A DNA stretch of 64,000 bases from Eledone cirrhosa (GCA_964016885.1 OZ024755.1:16678001-16742000), one strand, 5' to 3'. Positions 30,309 through 45,298 are shown, numbered from the stretch's first letter. Translations and numbers: made by a program. The notes: a model not told the origin generated them from the letters alone.

Positions 30309-30597
30309 ATTTTCTTGTTGTAGTTGTTTTATTATTGTATTTCTTTTGAAAAAATATTCTTAATCGTGATTATATCTGTTTATATATATATATATATATA
30401 TAATTACTTTTTTTTTTAAATAGTTAAAACTGATAATGAAAAAAAAAAAATTAAGGGGTAGACGAAAATTAAGTTATCAGCTGTCAAATAATAGGCAAAT
30501 AGCTATCATATAACAAAGATGGCTCCAGACGGTGCCAACTTTCAAGTTAGATAACTCCAATATATTTATTTATATTTCAAGACGGCGCTAAGACCGC

Positions 30598-30611
30598 GTT
30601 ACTATGGAGAC
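30598..30611 (+). promoter_or_regulatory. RFX X-box in CFAP70/THAP bidirectional promoter
   Basis: GTTACTATGGAGAC closely matches the X-box consensus (GTTRCYATGGNAAC-like). It lies just upstream of the putative CFAP70 non-coding first-exon donor (AA|gtaaga at 30687/30688). A YY1-like AAGATGGC is at 30516-30523. Confidence 0.7.
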
Positions 30612-30774
30612 CAAGATAAACGCACTGACACACTTCCTCATAAGGTGTAGTGATTCAATTACCAGAGTAAAACAACAACAATAACAAGTAAGACAATTAT
30701 TTTATTGTGTACATAAATGTATACACACACACATATGTGTGTGTATACATATATATATATCAGCTCCAGAAGCT

Positions 30775-30872
<98 letters not shown>

Positions 30873-32184
30873 CACACATACATATGTGTATATGTATATA
30901 TTTATATGTGTGTACATATATATATATGACTTTCTGCTGTCCAACTCTCCTGAGAGTTTCTTATCACTATGTATGTGTGTCCTTATGTATGTGTGTACAT
31001 ATGTATGTATGTATATATGTGTGTATGTATGTATAAATGTATATATGTGTGTGTGTATAAATGAATAATCATTAAAATAGCCATCGTTACGTCCCATGGC
31101 ATTTCTATCGATTAGTGGTCACCATTGGACAATTACGATGTTTGAACACTGTATGACAAATCGAAACTTTACACAATTATAGTTTGACCTGTCCACTCAC
31201 TTTTGGGGGGGGGGGGATTCTCCAGTCAGGTCGTTAATTTTGTCAATCAGAATGTGTTTATGTGGAGAAAATAAATACACAGCTTAACTTAATCTCCACC
31301 CCTCCATCTAATCCATCTAATCCATTCATCATCTATCCATCCATCCAATGATCCAACAAATTAGTTAAAATCCGCAGTAGATATTTTGGTGTGATTCATG
31401 GAGCCTAGACACTTTAAGAAGGGGAACAGGTAATAAAATCCTTGAGAAATTCGACCAGTTTGATATATTTTGTTTAACCCTTTAGCATTTACATTACTCT
31501 ATATTTACTATTATATTTTCACGGTAAAGGCTTTATCTCATATAATATCAAATCTATGCGATTTTGAGAACAATGCCTTAACATTGGTATGCGCGGCCAG
31601 TTACAGCCAGTTTGAACAGAAAGAGGTGAGAGAATTCTGCCCAGATATGGCCGGTTTAAATGCTAAAGGGTTAAGAAGGGGAATAGGTAACAAAATCCTT
31701 GAGAAATGTGACCAGGTTGACATATTTTGTTTAACCTACTTTTATATAATTACCTGAATATTAAACTTCACCTCATATGGTGGAGTTACCTTGTGGTAAG
31801 GGTGTTGGGTTTACAATTATAATGTGTTGTGTTCGTGAGCAAAACACAATCATTTCACATTCTCCAGTATAGTCAGCTGAAAATGAGTCGCAGCAATCAT
31901 AGCTGTGGGTTTCACCCTGTGCTGGACTGGTGCTCTGTCCATAAGGGAGTCTTGTACTCTCAGTTGCTTAACAGCATGAGAACCAGAATAAGCACCAGCC
32001 TAATGAACCTTGGACTCAAGGCAGACTTTGACTTTTCTTTCACAAAGTAGGAGCCATATATGAGGTAATTTGATCTGCTAGGAACAATAGTCTCTGTATG
32101 TATTATGATATTATCAAACTTATAAATGTTGTTGTTCAGTTTTATATGAAAATTATTTTTCAGTCGCTGAAGTTAAACTACAAG

Positions 32185-34537
32185 ATGTCTATCAAAGAGG
32201 ATGTTACACCCGTAAGCCAAGATATAGAATCTATAGTGGTTACTATTATCAGAGGCAGACATTTTGTAAGTCATTCCAATATCTTTATATATTTCAAGTG
32301 TTCTGGTATTTTTACTACTCTCAACTTGAGTTTTCTCATGATATATCTTTCTCTTTGCAAGGAGGCAGCGGGATGTGGGGGGGGGGGGGGGGAATTAGAA
32401 GTGGCACTAACATAGAATGGTCATCATAATGGTGTGTATATGAAAGCAGAAATTTCTAAGTCATTTGAATGTCTTCATATATTTCGTGGGTAACTCTTGA
32501 GCAAGATGGTTGGATAACATCCATAAGCTTGGCTGGTCTCACTTGGGTATCCAGCTGGATCAACAGGAGATGATTGCTTCTCACAGGACCTGCTGGAATG
32601 AGCGTTTGAGGACTCTGCCCCAACGACCCTCCCAGGAATAAGTGGGCGAAGAAAAAGAAGAATTTTATTTTTTATTGTTATTATCATGAAATATATGTAT
32701 ATGTGTGTATAAGAGGGATAAGTTGTGGTGTGCAGGGGAGAAGGCTGAGATGGTATGGACATGTGATGCGCATGGAGGATGACCGATGGGAGAAGAAGTG
32801 CCAGGAAGTCCCAGTGGAGGGAAGATGCAGTAGAGGTAGACGACGAAAAACATGGGCGGAGGTGGTGAGAGCAGACCTCAGATTGCTGAAATTCACCGAG
32901 GAGATGACGAAGGACCGTGACAAGTGGAGAGATGCTGTGCTGAATAGGACCCGTCCAACCCTTGCAAGCAGGGAAAAGCGGACATAAAATGATGATGATG
33001 ATGATGATGATATATATATGTATGTCATGTTGGTACGACAAAACATCCAGCCCACACTGAAAAGTGCTCGTGTAAAAGACACAGCAAAAAGCACCCAACA
33101 CACTGTAAATGTGGTTGGCGCTAGGAAGGGCATCCAGCCATAGAAAACTAGCCAGAAACAGTCCTATATGAGCAAGACACGGTCACCCGACCCACCATGC
33201 CTCTAAATGAGACAAACACATATAACCCATTCTAGTGTGGAAGAGAGATGTTAAATGATGATGATGAATGAGGATATTATGATGTCATTTTTTTTTTTTT
33301 TGTATTTCATCCTATTTCTACTTATGCAGAAAGGAAGCAAAGGTGAATTCCTGGGACATATCATGCTAAAGTCCAATTTTGGTGAAAAAACCTATTCAGA
33401 CACTAATAAATTTGATTGTTCTACTGAGAATGATGTAGAATTCAACCATAGCTTCAATATACCCTGTCCAAGTGCTGATCCTTTTGCTTTAGATGAAATT
33501 GCATACAGACCTGTTGTGTGTAAGTAACAAGCCAAAGGAGTTGTTAATCTTTTATTAAATGTTTTTTATTTGTAAGACAGAGAAAGGATGGAAGAATCAA
33601 TGTCATCGTGTAAACCAGAGATTCTCAAAGTGGGCACTACTGCCCCTCCCGGGGTGCATTGAGAAGGTCCAGGAGGCACTTGTGCCTAAGGGGGTAGGGT
33701 GTCGGTAGAGATGATATAATAGTATGTTAAATATCAAATGATATATATTATATATAAATATAGTAGAATAAAAAATATATATTTATTTATACATAGTATA
33801 TATTACTCTAGTATATATTATTCTATTATTTTAAAATTGACTTCTATTTTTAATTTCAGTCACATTTATTAGAATGATGCCAAAAGAAAAAAAGAAAAGA
33901 GAAGAAGATAAATCAATCCCAATCGGTCAATGTACCCTTGATATGTTACCTATTATTAAAGGTAAGTTAGTTAGTGTGACTGTCTTGAACAGCTATCTTT
34001 CTTTACACATGTCAAGTCTCTCACAAGATTACACTACTGAACTGATCTCTCTTTTAGGTACAGCTTAAAGTGAGATGGGTTCCATCAGACTTACTTGAGT
34101 CAGATACACTGCATGCTAGTTTTAGTGAGTCCCTTAAGCTATATGAAATTTGAAGCCCCTTTTCTAAACAAAATTTTGGTTAAGAAATTTTAAATAATTA
34201 TACATGATTATTTTTTATATTACTGTTAATGATAAATAATAAATGTATATATATATATATATATATATGCCAAATCAACCTCCCAAATGCAAGGTGATTG
34301 AAAGGTATGTCGTATCTATTTATTTATAAGACTGTTTATATTGTATTTTGTCTGAAGAAGGCATAACATATTGTTAATATGATATCCCTGAAATATATAT
34401 AACGAAATAAATATGGTTTTATAAATATAGTTTCCATTTATTTAATATCATAAATATACTCCAAATACTTGTTGAGTGCTTTTATATCAGTTATAAATAT
34501 TTACTCGTTGTTAACCCAACAATTTAAATATAACTTT

Positions 34538-34625
<88 letters not shown>

Positions 34626-34919
34626 TATGCAAAAAGCAAACAGAAATAACAAAGTAAACCACAATATATATATATAATCGATAGTTTGTCTTCGATGATC
34701 GATTATATCGATTGATTTCTTTGATGATCGATTACATAGATTGATTTTAAGCCACACTCTACGGTATATGAAATAGCACTATGTGGTCTCTATAACGATT
34801 CCACCTGTGTACATATTCTTCTACAGAATATGTATTTGGTATATATACAATATACTGTGTTCCTTATACGATATATGGCTCTTTCTCTCTCTATATATAT
34901 ACATATATCTTTTTCATTT

Positions 34920-34958
<39 letters not shown>

Positions 34959-35169
34959 TAATATATATATATTGGAAAAGAGTCAGGAGCCCGATGGCTG
35001 AGCTCCGGCTGTTTCGACAGCTAGATCCGATCAGTTCTGATCTAGCTGTCTAAATGGCCGGAGCTCAGCCATCGGCGTCCTGGCTTTTTCCTATTACCCA
35101 CTCTACTACCCTAAGTATTGAGTACTCTGGTGTGTTATGGTCCACCTGGTTTCTTACCACACCCTCTTT

Positions 35170-35224
<55 letters not shown>

Positions 35225-38200
35225 GTAGAAGTTCTATTTAAATTGTTGGGATACAACAAGCAAATATTTTTATAACTGATATAAAGCACTCAACTGGAGT
35301 AAAAATACGATATATTAACAAATGGAAACTATATTTATAAAACCATATTTATTTCATTATACATATTTCAAGGACACCAAGTTAAATTATGGTGTGCTTT
35401 TTTACAGATAAAATATAATATAGAGCAGTTTTATAAATAAATATTGACATACCCTTAAAGAATGCGACCATTTCTGTTGGAATGGTCGCATTCTTTAAGG
35501 GTATGTCAATATTTATTTATAATACAATATTTATTTATCGTATATATATATATATATATAATTTTTGATGATTTAGTGTTAAAGAATAAAAACAAATAGT
35601 GAGAGCAGACCTCAGATCGCTGAAGCTCACGGAGGAGATGAAAAAAGGACTGTGACAAGTAGAGAGATGCTGTGCTGAATAGGACCTGTCCCACCCTTGC
35701 AAGCAGGGAAAAGTGGACGTAAAATGATGATGATGATGACAGAATAAAAATATATTTTATAAAATGAGTCCCGCAAGAGTGTGTGACTCTAAGCTAGGTA
35801 TTGTTTAGCTTATAGGTAAGTCTAGCAGGCATGAAGGCATGTGACTTACTGGTTAGAGCATCAGATTCACAATTGTGAGGTTGTGAGCTTGATTCCCAAA
35901 ATTGGCGATGTGTTTTATTGTTGCACAAGACACTATTTTTCATGTTGTTCCAGTTCACTCAGCTGTAGAATTGAGTTGTGACATAACTGGTGCCAGGCTG
36001 TATTTCTCTTTTCATTTTTCCAAATATTTTACAAGGTGTACTGGGTGTATTACACATATCAATTTATGGCATTTTTTGTTTATTATTATTATTCAGGAGA
36101 AACACATCATGAAGTGACTTTGGAATTAGCAGCCATTCCTGGCTCAGTGATGGAAAGTTTCTTACCAGATAGTACAAAGGTATTCTTTTACTTTTGTTTT
36201 ACTGATTTAAGTCATTAGATTGCGACCATTCTGGGGCACTGACCAGTATGTATTCAAATCATTAGACTGCAAGGCACTGTTTTGAAGTCAGTCATATCAA
36301 TACCGTTGTTGTCTTCTTCTTCTCCTCCTCCACCTATTTGACAAAATCTTGAGTCCTCAAACATGCCTTCCAGCAGGTCCTGTCAGAAGCAACTGTCTCT
36401 CCACTTATGGGATCCAGATGGATCAATTTTAAGACTACCATTATTGATTTGTTTAAAATTGATTGTTATTAATTTATTTTAAATCAATTATTTATTGCTA
36501 ACCCATGCTTGCGTGGAAAATAAATTTTAACCCTTTAGCATTTAAACCGGCCGTATCTGGCCAGAATTCTCTCACTTCTTTCTGTTCAAACCAGCTGTAA
36601 TCAGCTGCTCATATCAATATTAAGATATTGTTCTCAATATAAATAATATGAAAATATCATAGATTCTATATTATGTGAGGTAAAGCCTTTACCATGAAAA
36701 TAGAACAGTAAATATAGAGTAATGTAAATGGTAAAGGGTTAAATGATGATGATGAGGATTTTAAAATATAATATACAAATTTTTCTTTAATCATCTTTTT
36801 TTTCTTTTTTCTTTTTTCCCTTTATCTATTTCCAGCCAGAAATTGATGTCAGTTTATCAATATCAAAATCCCTTTTGGAGAAAGAAGAAACCTGTGGATA
36901 TAACATTATGACTATAACAATTGAATCTCTTAATTCTCCGCCAGAGGCTTTGATACTACACAACCATGTCTTAACTGCAGCTATGTCAGTTCCTATTATC
37001 AATGAGGTGAGACTTTTATTGTAATATTTTCACTTTAGTTTACTCGTATACATTTGTTCATGTACTGCTGTGTTGATGATGACTCAGTGAATTGGCAGAC
37101 AAAATTTCAAAAGGTATACTTGCTCCAGGTCACTACATTCTTACTGTGGTCAACTTTGTCACCCTTTCTGGGTTGATAAAATAAGGCACCAGAGAGATTG
37201 TCATGCCCTCAACAAGACTAAGGTGTCCTCATTTTCTCTACACACACGCATACATACATAGTGATTGCTTCATCTTTGCAGATGATTGCCATCCCCCTAT
37301 GCACCCTTATCAACCGTCACCAACTCCAAACGTCCGTTCATGGCTTCTTAGGTGGCTTTTAAGTCCACCTTTAGATTTGCACTATCTGCAGTAAATGTGA
37401 CAGACAAAAGATGTGCCCTCTATTGGATTGATTGGGTCAGTTTGTGGGATGTCATCCTTATGTACCCTCATATGTCTTTTAAGACCAAAGATTGATTTGC
37501 ATTTGAAAAATGTGCCTACCACTGACACTTCTACTATCAATTTTCCCTGAACATCTACTATATATATTCTTATAGTTATTTTTTTTCCCGGGGTATTGTA
37601 ACATTGGTAATTTATTAAATATATACATTATGAATGTATCCAAGGCTGTATGTGTGCATGAGTATGTATACATATCTTCTCAAAATAAAAAAATAAAATC
37701 AAAATTAGACGTCTTTAATTTTTCAACGAACTTTGCAAATGAAATATAATGTATATTTATTTCCTATTTTCTTCAGAAAGAAAACATTCTTGTATTTGTC
37801 GGTAACCAAATTCGTCAAGCACCTGACAAAGAGCAATTATATAAGCAGAAGAAATGGGTTAATCCACTTCCAGCTGTTGGTCAATCTGCTTACATTCCAC
37901 ATAGGTAAATCCTTTTATTAAACAAACACCTGAAATTGTTACATCTTAACACCTAAGAAATCATTTTATTCAGCAAACACCAGAAATTGCTACATCTTAA
38001 TGCCTGAAGAAATCATTAACCTTTTTGTACCATATTTCTAATGAAAGACATTGCCTACGACTTTCAAATCATTTTGAAAATAATTGTGGAATTTGGAAAG
38101 ATTTAATAATGGTTTCTTATTTAGGCACAAGGGTGGACTGGGTGCTTTTCATCATGGCACTGACATGACAAACTTACAGGGTGGAGTTGGTACTTTTATG

Positions 38201-41200
38201 TCATGGTACCAGAATGACAACCTTACAGAGTCGACTGGGTGCTCTAATTGATTATATATTATTCTTCATTTCAGTTACATCATCAACGACGCCAAAGACA
38301 ATGAAGACGGTGACTTCCGATCAAAGGAAAACAAAGAATACAGAAAACAGTCAGAATTTGAAAGACCAAAATATGTCTGGAACATGGAACGAAGGTGTTT
38401 TCTACATCAGACAGGAACTAGGAAGTATGTTTTACAAAATTTGTTTGACGCAATTAATAATAATTAGGCACAAGGCCAACAATTTTGTGGGAGGGATAAG
38501 TCAATTAAACTGACCCCCAGTGTGTTACTGGTACTTTATTTTATCGATCCTGTAAAGACGAAAGACAAAGCTAACCTTAGCGGGATTTGAACTCAGAATG
38601 TAGAGGGCTGTAACTATATGCCATAAAGTATTTTGTCTGATGCTCTCCCAATACTGCCAATAATAATGGTTTCTGATTTAGGCACAGTACCAGCAATTTG
38701 TTGGGCTTAATTGTGTTGTTTTGTGTATAGGAAGGATGTAGTACAAGAGCATTTCCTTGATATATGTAATGATTGTATCTTGGTGTTGTTTAAAGAGAGT
38801 AGATTGCCATGTCATTATGGGAGAATGATTCTCTGACTACTGTACATAGAAACAATACAGGATATATCTTGAGTACATGTAGATATTTCTCTGGTTACTG
38901 TACATAGAAGCAATCCATATCTGGTACAAGATTTATTGGCTGCATGTTTGATATTTTCCAGATCTTGTTCAAGATATCTAGGTTGCATGTGGATGTTGTT
39001 GTTTCTAGGAAATTAAGAAAGTGAATTTATTTTGTGAAAATGTTTTATAATGATGATAATAGTGATGGTGTTGGTAATGATGATGATGATAGATAGGCAG
39101 AATTCTTATGATGGTGATGAGTGTTTAAGTTTATGAGTTTATAATTCACAAATACAAATATTTACTTTGTTTCTGTTGGCAGTCTAATGGATATTATAAC
39201 AGCCAAGAGATATATACCATTGGAGATATTACGTGTTTCTGTCCCAACTGGAATGAAAGTCAAAAAGGTATGTTAACCCCTTTTTAATACCAATTCCACT
39301 CCAGTTTCTGTGAAACAAAATTTTCCAAGGGTTCTTATCATTTCCAAGGGTTCTTATCATCAGCATCGTCATCATCATCTGGTTTAACATCTTCTTTACT
39401 TGTCACAAGCATTTTACATAATTTGATTACCAAGTCTCCCTAAACCTTATATTACATTTAGCTTTGAGTATTTTCAAAATACATATAATAAGAAGAGGAT
39501 ATTGTTTTGTCTTTAAGCATGAAGAAGAAGGTGTAATATCGTTCCATGGAGTGGTATACATTGATGCAAGTCCACTTCTATATCCTGGAGGTAAGTTCAT
39601 TAAAAAATGATTGCCAATAGATGCATTAAAGGAAAGATTAATCCTTTTTGATACCAACCTGCCCCATTCTGTCTCTCCTTCTGGGAAACAAAACCACCCA
39701 TTTTAAAGGGTTCTTATTTAAATGAAAATCTCCCAGCATAATTTGATGCAAGAACCTTTTGTTGTTTTACAAATACCATCTTAATAAAGGTTTCTGATTT
39801 AGGCACAAGACTCCAGTGCGTTGCTGGTGCTTTATTTTATGAACCCCACAATGATGAAAGGCAGAGCTAACTTCGGCTTGGTGGTATTTGAACCCAGAAT
39901 GTAAAGGGCTGTAACTCTGTGCTGCAAAGCATGGTGTCAGACGCTCTACCAATTACTGCCAATCTACCACCCTAACCATTCTTAATAATGAAATCATTAA
40001 TAATTTCAGTAAGCACCCCCTGCCATCTTATCACTTTAACTTACCATAATTATAAATAATCAAATATATCTTCAAGTGTTTTAGGCCATCTTTCTTGCTA
40101 GAGCAGAGTTAACCTTTCAGACCCTCATAAGATCCTTGTTGATGCAAGTTACCTCTTATGACCTGCAGGGTATGGTCAGGGCTAGATTTTCACCTGCTGA
40201 GGCCCTAAGATATATGAAATTTGGTAAAAAAATTGAAAATAATTATATATATATATAATATTTGATGATTTAGTGTTAATGGTGTTAAAGAATAAAAACT
40301 AATGATAAAATAAAAATATATTTTAAAAATGAGGCTCTCAGCAATCTTACTTCTTGTTTGGGGTGTACCTGCCGGTTGGTTTGGCGCCATAAAATCTGCC
40401 CGCTGATTCTTTCCTGAGACATTCTAACCACATGCCTGTAACATCAGAGCTGTGATCTTTCAATTCAGAGAAGTATCTCTATGATGAAGGAAATTATTAA
40501 TGATATTTCCATACACCAGTTTATGTTTATAACTCATTATGCTTCGATTTTAATTCATCAAATTTTGCTGATCTTTAAATTTTATTTTTTATTTCAGTGA
40601 AGCAGATTAGAGGTGCTTATAAAGTCCACCCATACACTGAATATGAATCACAAGAAAAGGTATAAATCCGTTAACATTTTTGACACCAACCTGTCCAAAA
40701 CTACTGTTTCTATCTAACAAAAACACTCATTTTAAAGGGTTCCTATTTCAATTGAAATCTTAAATTTTATACATTTGAAATAGGACCCTTTAAAATGAGT
40801 GCCGACTGATTTTACACCCACTAGTCATGATACCACTTCCAACCCAGATGTGCATGTCAATCCTGTTTACATAAATAATGAACAGAAGAGGTCACATATA
40901 TAATTCTGAATATTTTTTTCTTATGGTTACTACAGCAAACAGGTTCAACAGTCCTTAGTGAAGAAGCAGTTAAATTTTCTCTCACCCTCATTGCCCAAAC
41001 TGGACCATCTCCAACGGCAAGAAAATTGAAAGAAGAAAGAAAAGAAATAAAGAAAGTAAGTATCAATGAATGGTTCTTTCACTTTCTGTTAAATGTTAGT
41101 CTATGAATAGCTACAAGCTAGGTCCTGTCGTTATGAAATTTATTTTACAACCACAGGATTTTGGGTTGAATCCCACTGCATGGTGGCATCTTTGGCAAGT

Positions 41201-43759
41201 GTCTTCTACTATAGCCTTGTGCCATGTGAGTGAAATTTGGAACATACTATGTTTCAAAGTCTACGCTAGCATAGGTCATAGAATCACTGTGACCTATGCT
41301 TATGTAGGCTTTGAAACCTCAGGTAGCATGCAAATGTGTTGAGAAATTATTTATAATATTATAGTTTAACTCTGTACTTAACATAGAGCACTCTTTTTCC
41401 TTTGTCTATTCTACGGAAACTCTTGACACTACACACACACACATATATGTATCTATATATATGCGAAAAGTCAATGAGGAAAAACAACACTGGAGAACAG
41501 CTGGATGTCTTTCCTAATGCCAGTTACTTTACAGAGTTTACTGGGTATATTTTACCATGGCACCAGCACTAGAAAAAAGAGTCATGCCCTTCACATGACA
41601 GAAGAGACTTCTCAACCCATCTTAATCACCAGCACCACCACCACCTTCTAATCTACGTGTGTGTTTGTGTGTGTGTGTAGATAAAATTTACTTGTTTATT
41701 TTATTATATGTGTAGACTGCTCTGAAATCAATGCAAGAAGTAGGCGGATCTGAAATGGATATACATGGTGCAAATGCTGAAGGCCAGTTGTTTGTTGAAG
41801 CCAAGTCACATATGGTCCTGTCGGTAACTCTAGAACGGGCTCTCGTACGGAAGAAAACGGCAATGGAGTTATCTCATATGTAAGCATCATATTGTTTTAT
41901 GAGTATATCTTTTCCTTTCACCATCATCATCACCACTACGATCACTATCACAAGAAAATAACTGTAACCAGAGTTGAATGCTCTAAATAGTAGCTTTAAA
42001 AAATCGGGTAAATAACACTTATAGATGGAAAAATGTGGCTAGCAATCACTACGGTGTATCAAAACTATGGAAGATAATTATAGTGAACTACAAAACTATG
42101 GAAGATAATTGTTTCTACTTTAGGCACAAGGCCAGCAATTATCCAGTGCATTACTGGTACTTTATTTTATCGACCCCGTAAGGATGAAAGGCAAAGTCAA
42201 CCTCGGCGGGATTTGAACTCAGATCGTAAAGGGACGTAACTATGCTGGAAAGCATGGCGTCCGACCCTCTACCGATACTGCCAATCCACCGCATGGAAGA
42301 TAATGATAGTGAACTACAAAACTATGGAAGACAATGATAGTGAGGTACAAAACTATGGAAGACAATGATAGTGAGCTAAGAAACTATGGAAGATAATGAT
42401 AGTGTGGTACAAAACTATAGAAGACAATGATAGTAAACTACAAAACTATGGACGACAATGATAGTGAGCTATGAAACTATGGAAGACAATGATAGTAAAC
42501 TACAAAACTATGGACGACAATGATAGTGAACTACAAAACTATGGAAGACATCGTGAGCAGGAAGTAGCAATAGTTTAAAAGTTATTATTTGAGTACCATG
42601 AACACATTTAAAGTTTCTCTCTTGTTCTTTTAGGGTAGAAACTTACATTCCACCTCGACCTGTGTTTCCTAAAAGACTAGGTGGATCCGAGAGGGTAAGT
42701 CAGATGTATACACTAATCTTCCCTCTTTTTTCTTAATTTTGCGACTGTATTTATTGCCGTATTGGTTATCTTTCCTGATAACCACCTAACCCACCAGAAA
42801 CTGCCTCTGGTTTTATGATACAGGACTGCTTATTTTAAACTGTTCATATTTATATTAAAACCTTCCATCAAGAAATGTTTAAGTAATGTTCCAAATAATT
42901 AACTTTTTCAGAAAAAGTTAATTATTTTACAAGGGGATTTTTGTCATGGCACCAGTACTATCACCTTAGAGGGAGGACTGGGTGAAAATTAATACTTTGT
43001 AGAGAGTATCTTTACTGATATTTCTTAATGTATTTCTTCTAGGCTGTATCTGAATTCCACAGACAAATTGAAAGTGTGACAGAACAAGTCCTTGAGGAAT
43101 TTAGGTAAGCAAAGAAGACCATCAGCAACCAAAGAAGGAAATGGTAATGAATCCAGGCATGGCAACCTTTTTTCGAGTGCAGTGGTCTGCATAGAGTGTG
43201 ACTCATCATAAGGTGGGTCGCATAGGATGTGACTCACCATAAGGTGGGTTGCATAGGATGTGACTCATCATAAGGTGGGCTACGCTCCTAAAATAATTCA
43301 AGGAAATTTTGAAATAAGGCATGCTATTCACAAAGCCAAACGTAGCTCGTGGCCCACAGTTTGCTCATGACTGCTGTAGACAGTAATATGTAGCAGTGTC
43401 TTACAACTCTTGGAGTTATTGAGTATGACCTTTCTTGTGATATAAGCTCATCAAACCAACTGTATGTTGCTGTTGTTGATTTTTTGACCCTGGTAAAATC
43501 TGATTAAATAGTTTTATGATCAAAGCAGTGGAGGATAGTGGTGCTGGTGGTCAGAATTCTAAAAAACTGGCTCTAACTGGCCACTCACACTGACATTAAG
43601 GTATTGTTTTCAAAATAAATAATAACTTCATCAAAATTTTGTTGATTTACCATGAAAATATAATAGTAGAGTAATGTAAATGCTAAAGGATTAACCTTAG
43701 GTTGATCAATGCCTTGTAAGTGAAATTTTATAGACAGAAAGTGTGCAGAAGACTCTCAT

Positions 43760-43850
<91 letters not shown>

Positions 43851-45298
43851 CCAAAGATTAATATGGTTCATTGATTATTCAACGAATACAATTTTACAAT
43901 AGATTAGAAGTACTCGACAGAAAAAATTTTCATGGAGTATTTAATATTATTCAAAATATTAATAAATGAAAAAATTCTCATAATCAAAATATATATTTTA
44001 TTATACATATTTCAACGGTACAATGGTGTTTAAGTACGTTTTCATCAGATAAAATATAAGATTTGATATGTGACATACCGCTACAGTTTTGATTATTCAA
44101 TTCCAATAGTGGAACTATTGGAATTGAATAATTGAATAAATGGACTGGGGTTATTGATTAGGCAATTCCCGCTGATGAATCCACATGCGTCGATTATGCA
44201 TTGTTGCATAATATATGCAGACACAGGGTGCAGTGCACCCTATTGCTGCATTAAGTGTGGCCGAAACTCGAGTCCAGGAACTAATATAGGCACCCGTTTA
44301 CATGTGTTGTGTTGAAGCGAATAACTATGTGTATACTCTGGGAATGTATCCTACATTACCTATTGAGTACTCTGAAATGCAACCGGTCCTGGCATTGATA
44401 AATATGCCGGGTCCGTCAACTTCTTGTTATATATATATTCTGAGGATTTGATCAGCGGTAAATAATGTAATGGAGATCGAGTGACACAACTTCAAGCTAT
44501 TAGTGGCCTCTAGACTGACCTGATCAATGAAACAATTGTTAATACCTGAAATAAAGCCCCTTGTTGTACAGCCAACCATGTTACTCTTCATTCTTTCACA
44601 ATATATATATATATATATATATATATAGTAATAATTGTTTCTACCTTGGGCACAAGGCCAGCAATTACCCAGTGCATTACTGGTACTTTATTTTATCGAC
44701 CCCGTAAGGATGAAAGGCAAAGTCAACCTTATAGTAATAATATATAGTAATAATAATAATAGTATATAGTAATAATAATAATAAATTTGAAGATCCCGTT
44801 AAGGGTGAAAGCAGCGATTCTTTGCTTAAACTTTAATCTGTTATTTTAATAAATATAATAATAATGAAATTATTGTGTAAAGTGCTCAGGTGCACTACAA
44901 CTCGTCAATATAGTACATAGAATAATACACAAATGCCAGGGAAGTACATGTTTGTATGTGTTAGCTGTAGTGTTGGCGGATCTCGGGAAGCATGGAGGCC
45001 TTAAAGGATGCAGCGTCTCGACAGCTAACAACTGATGCAGGTAGTTTGTTCCATGCTTCAGCAACTCTGAGCGTGAAAAAATGTTTCCGAAAGTCATGGG
45101 AACTGTGTATATATATATATGTTTATATATATAAAGGTTATCATATACATAAAATTAAATTAAAGATATATATATGTGTTGCAACTGTTCACTTTTAAGC
45201 TCAATGAAGAATTAATAAATTAAAATCAAAAAATCAGAGCATTATATCATTAATATCTGATTGATTCTATAGACATGATTTATGATATGTTTATATAT

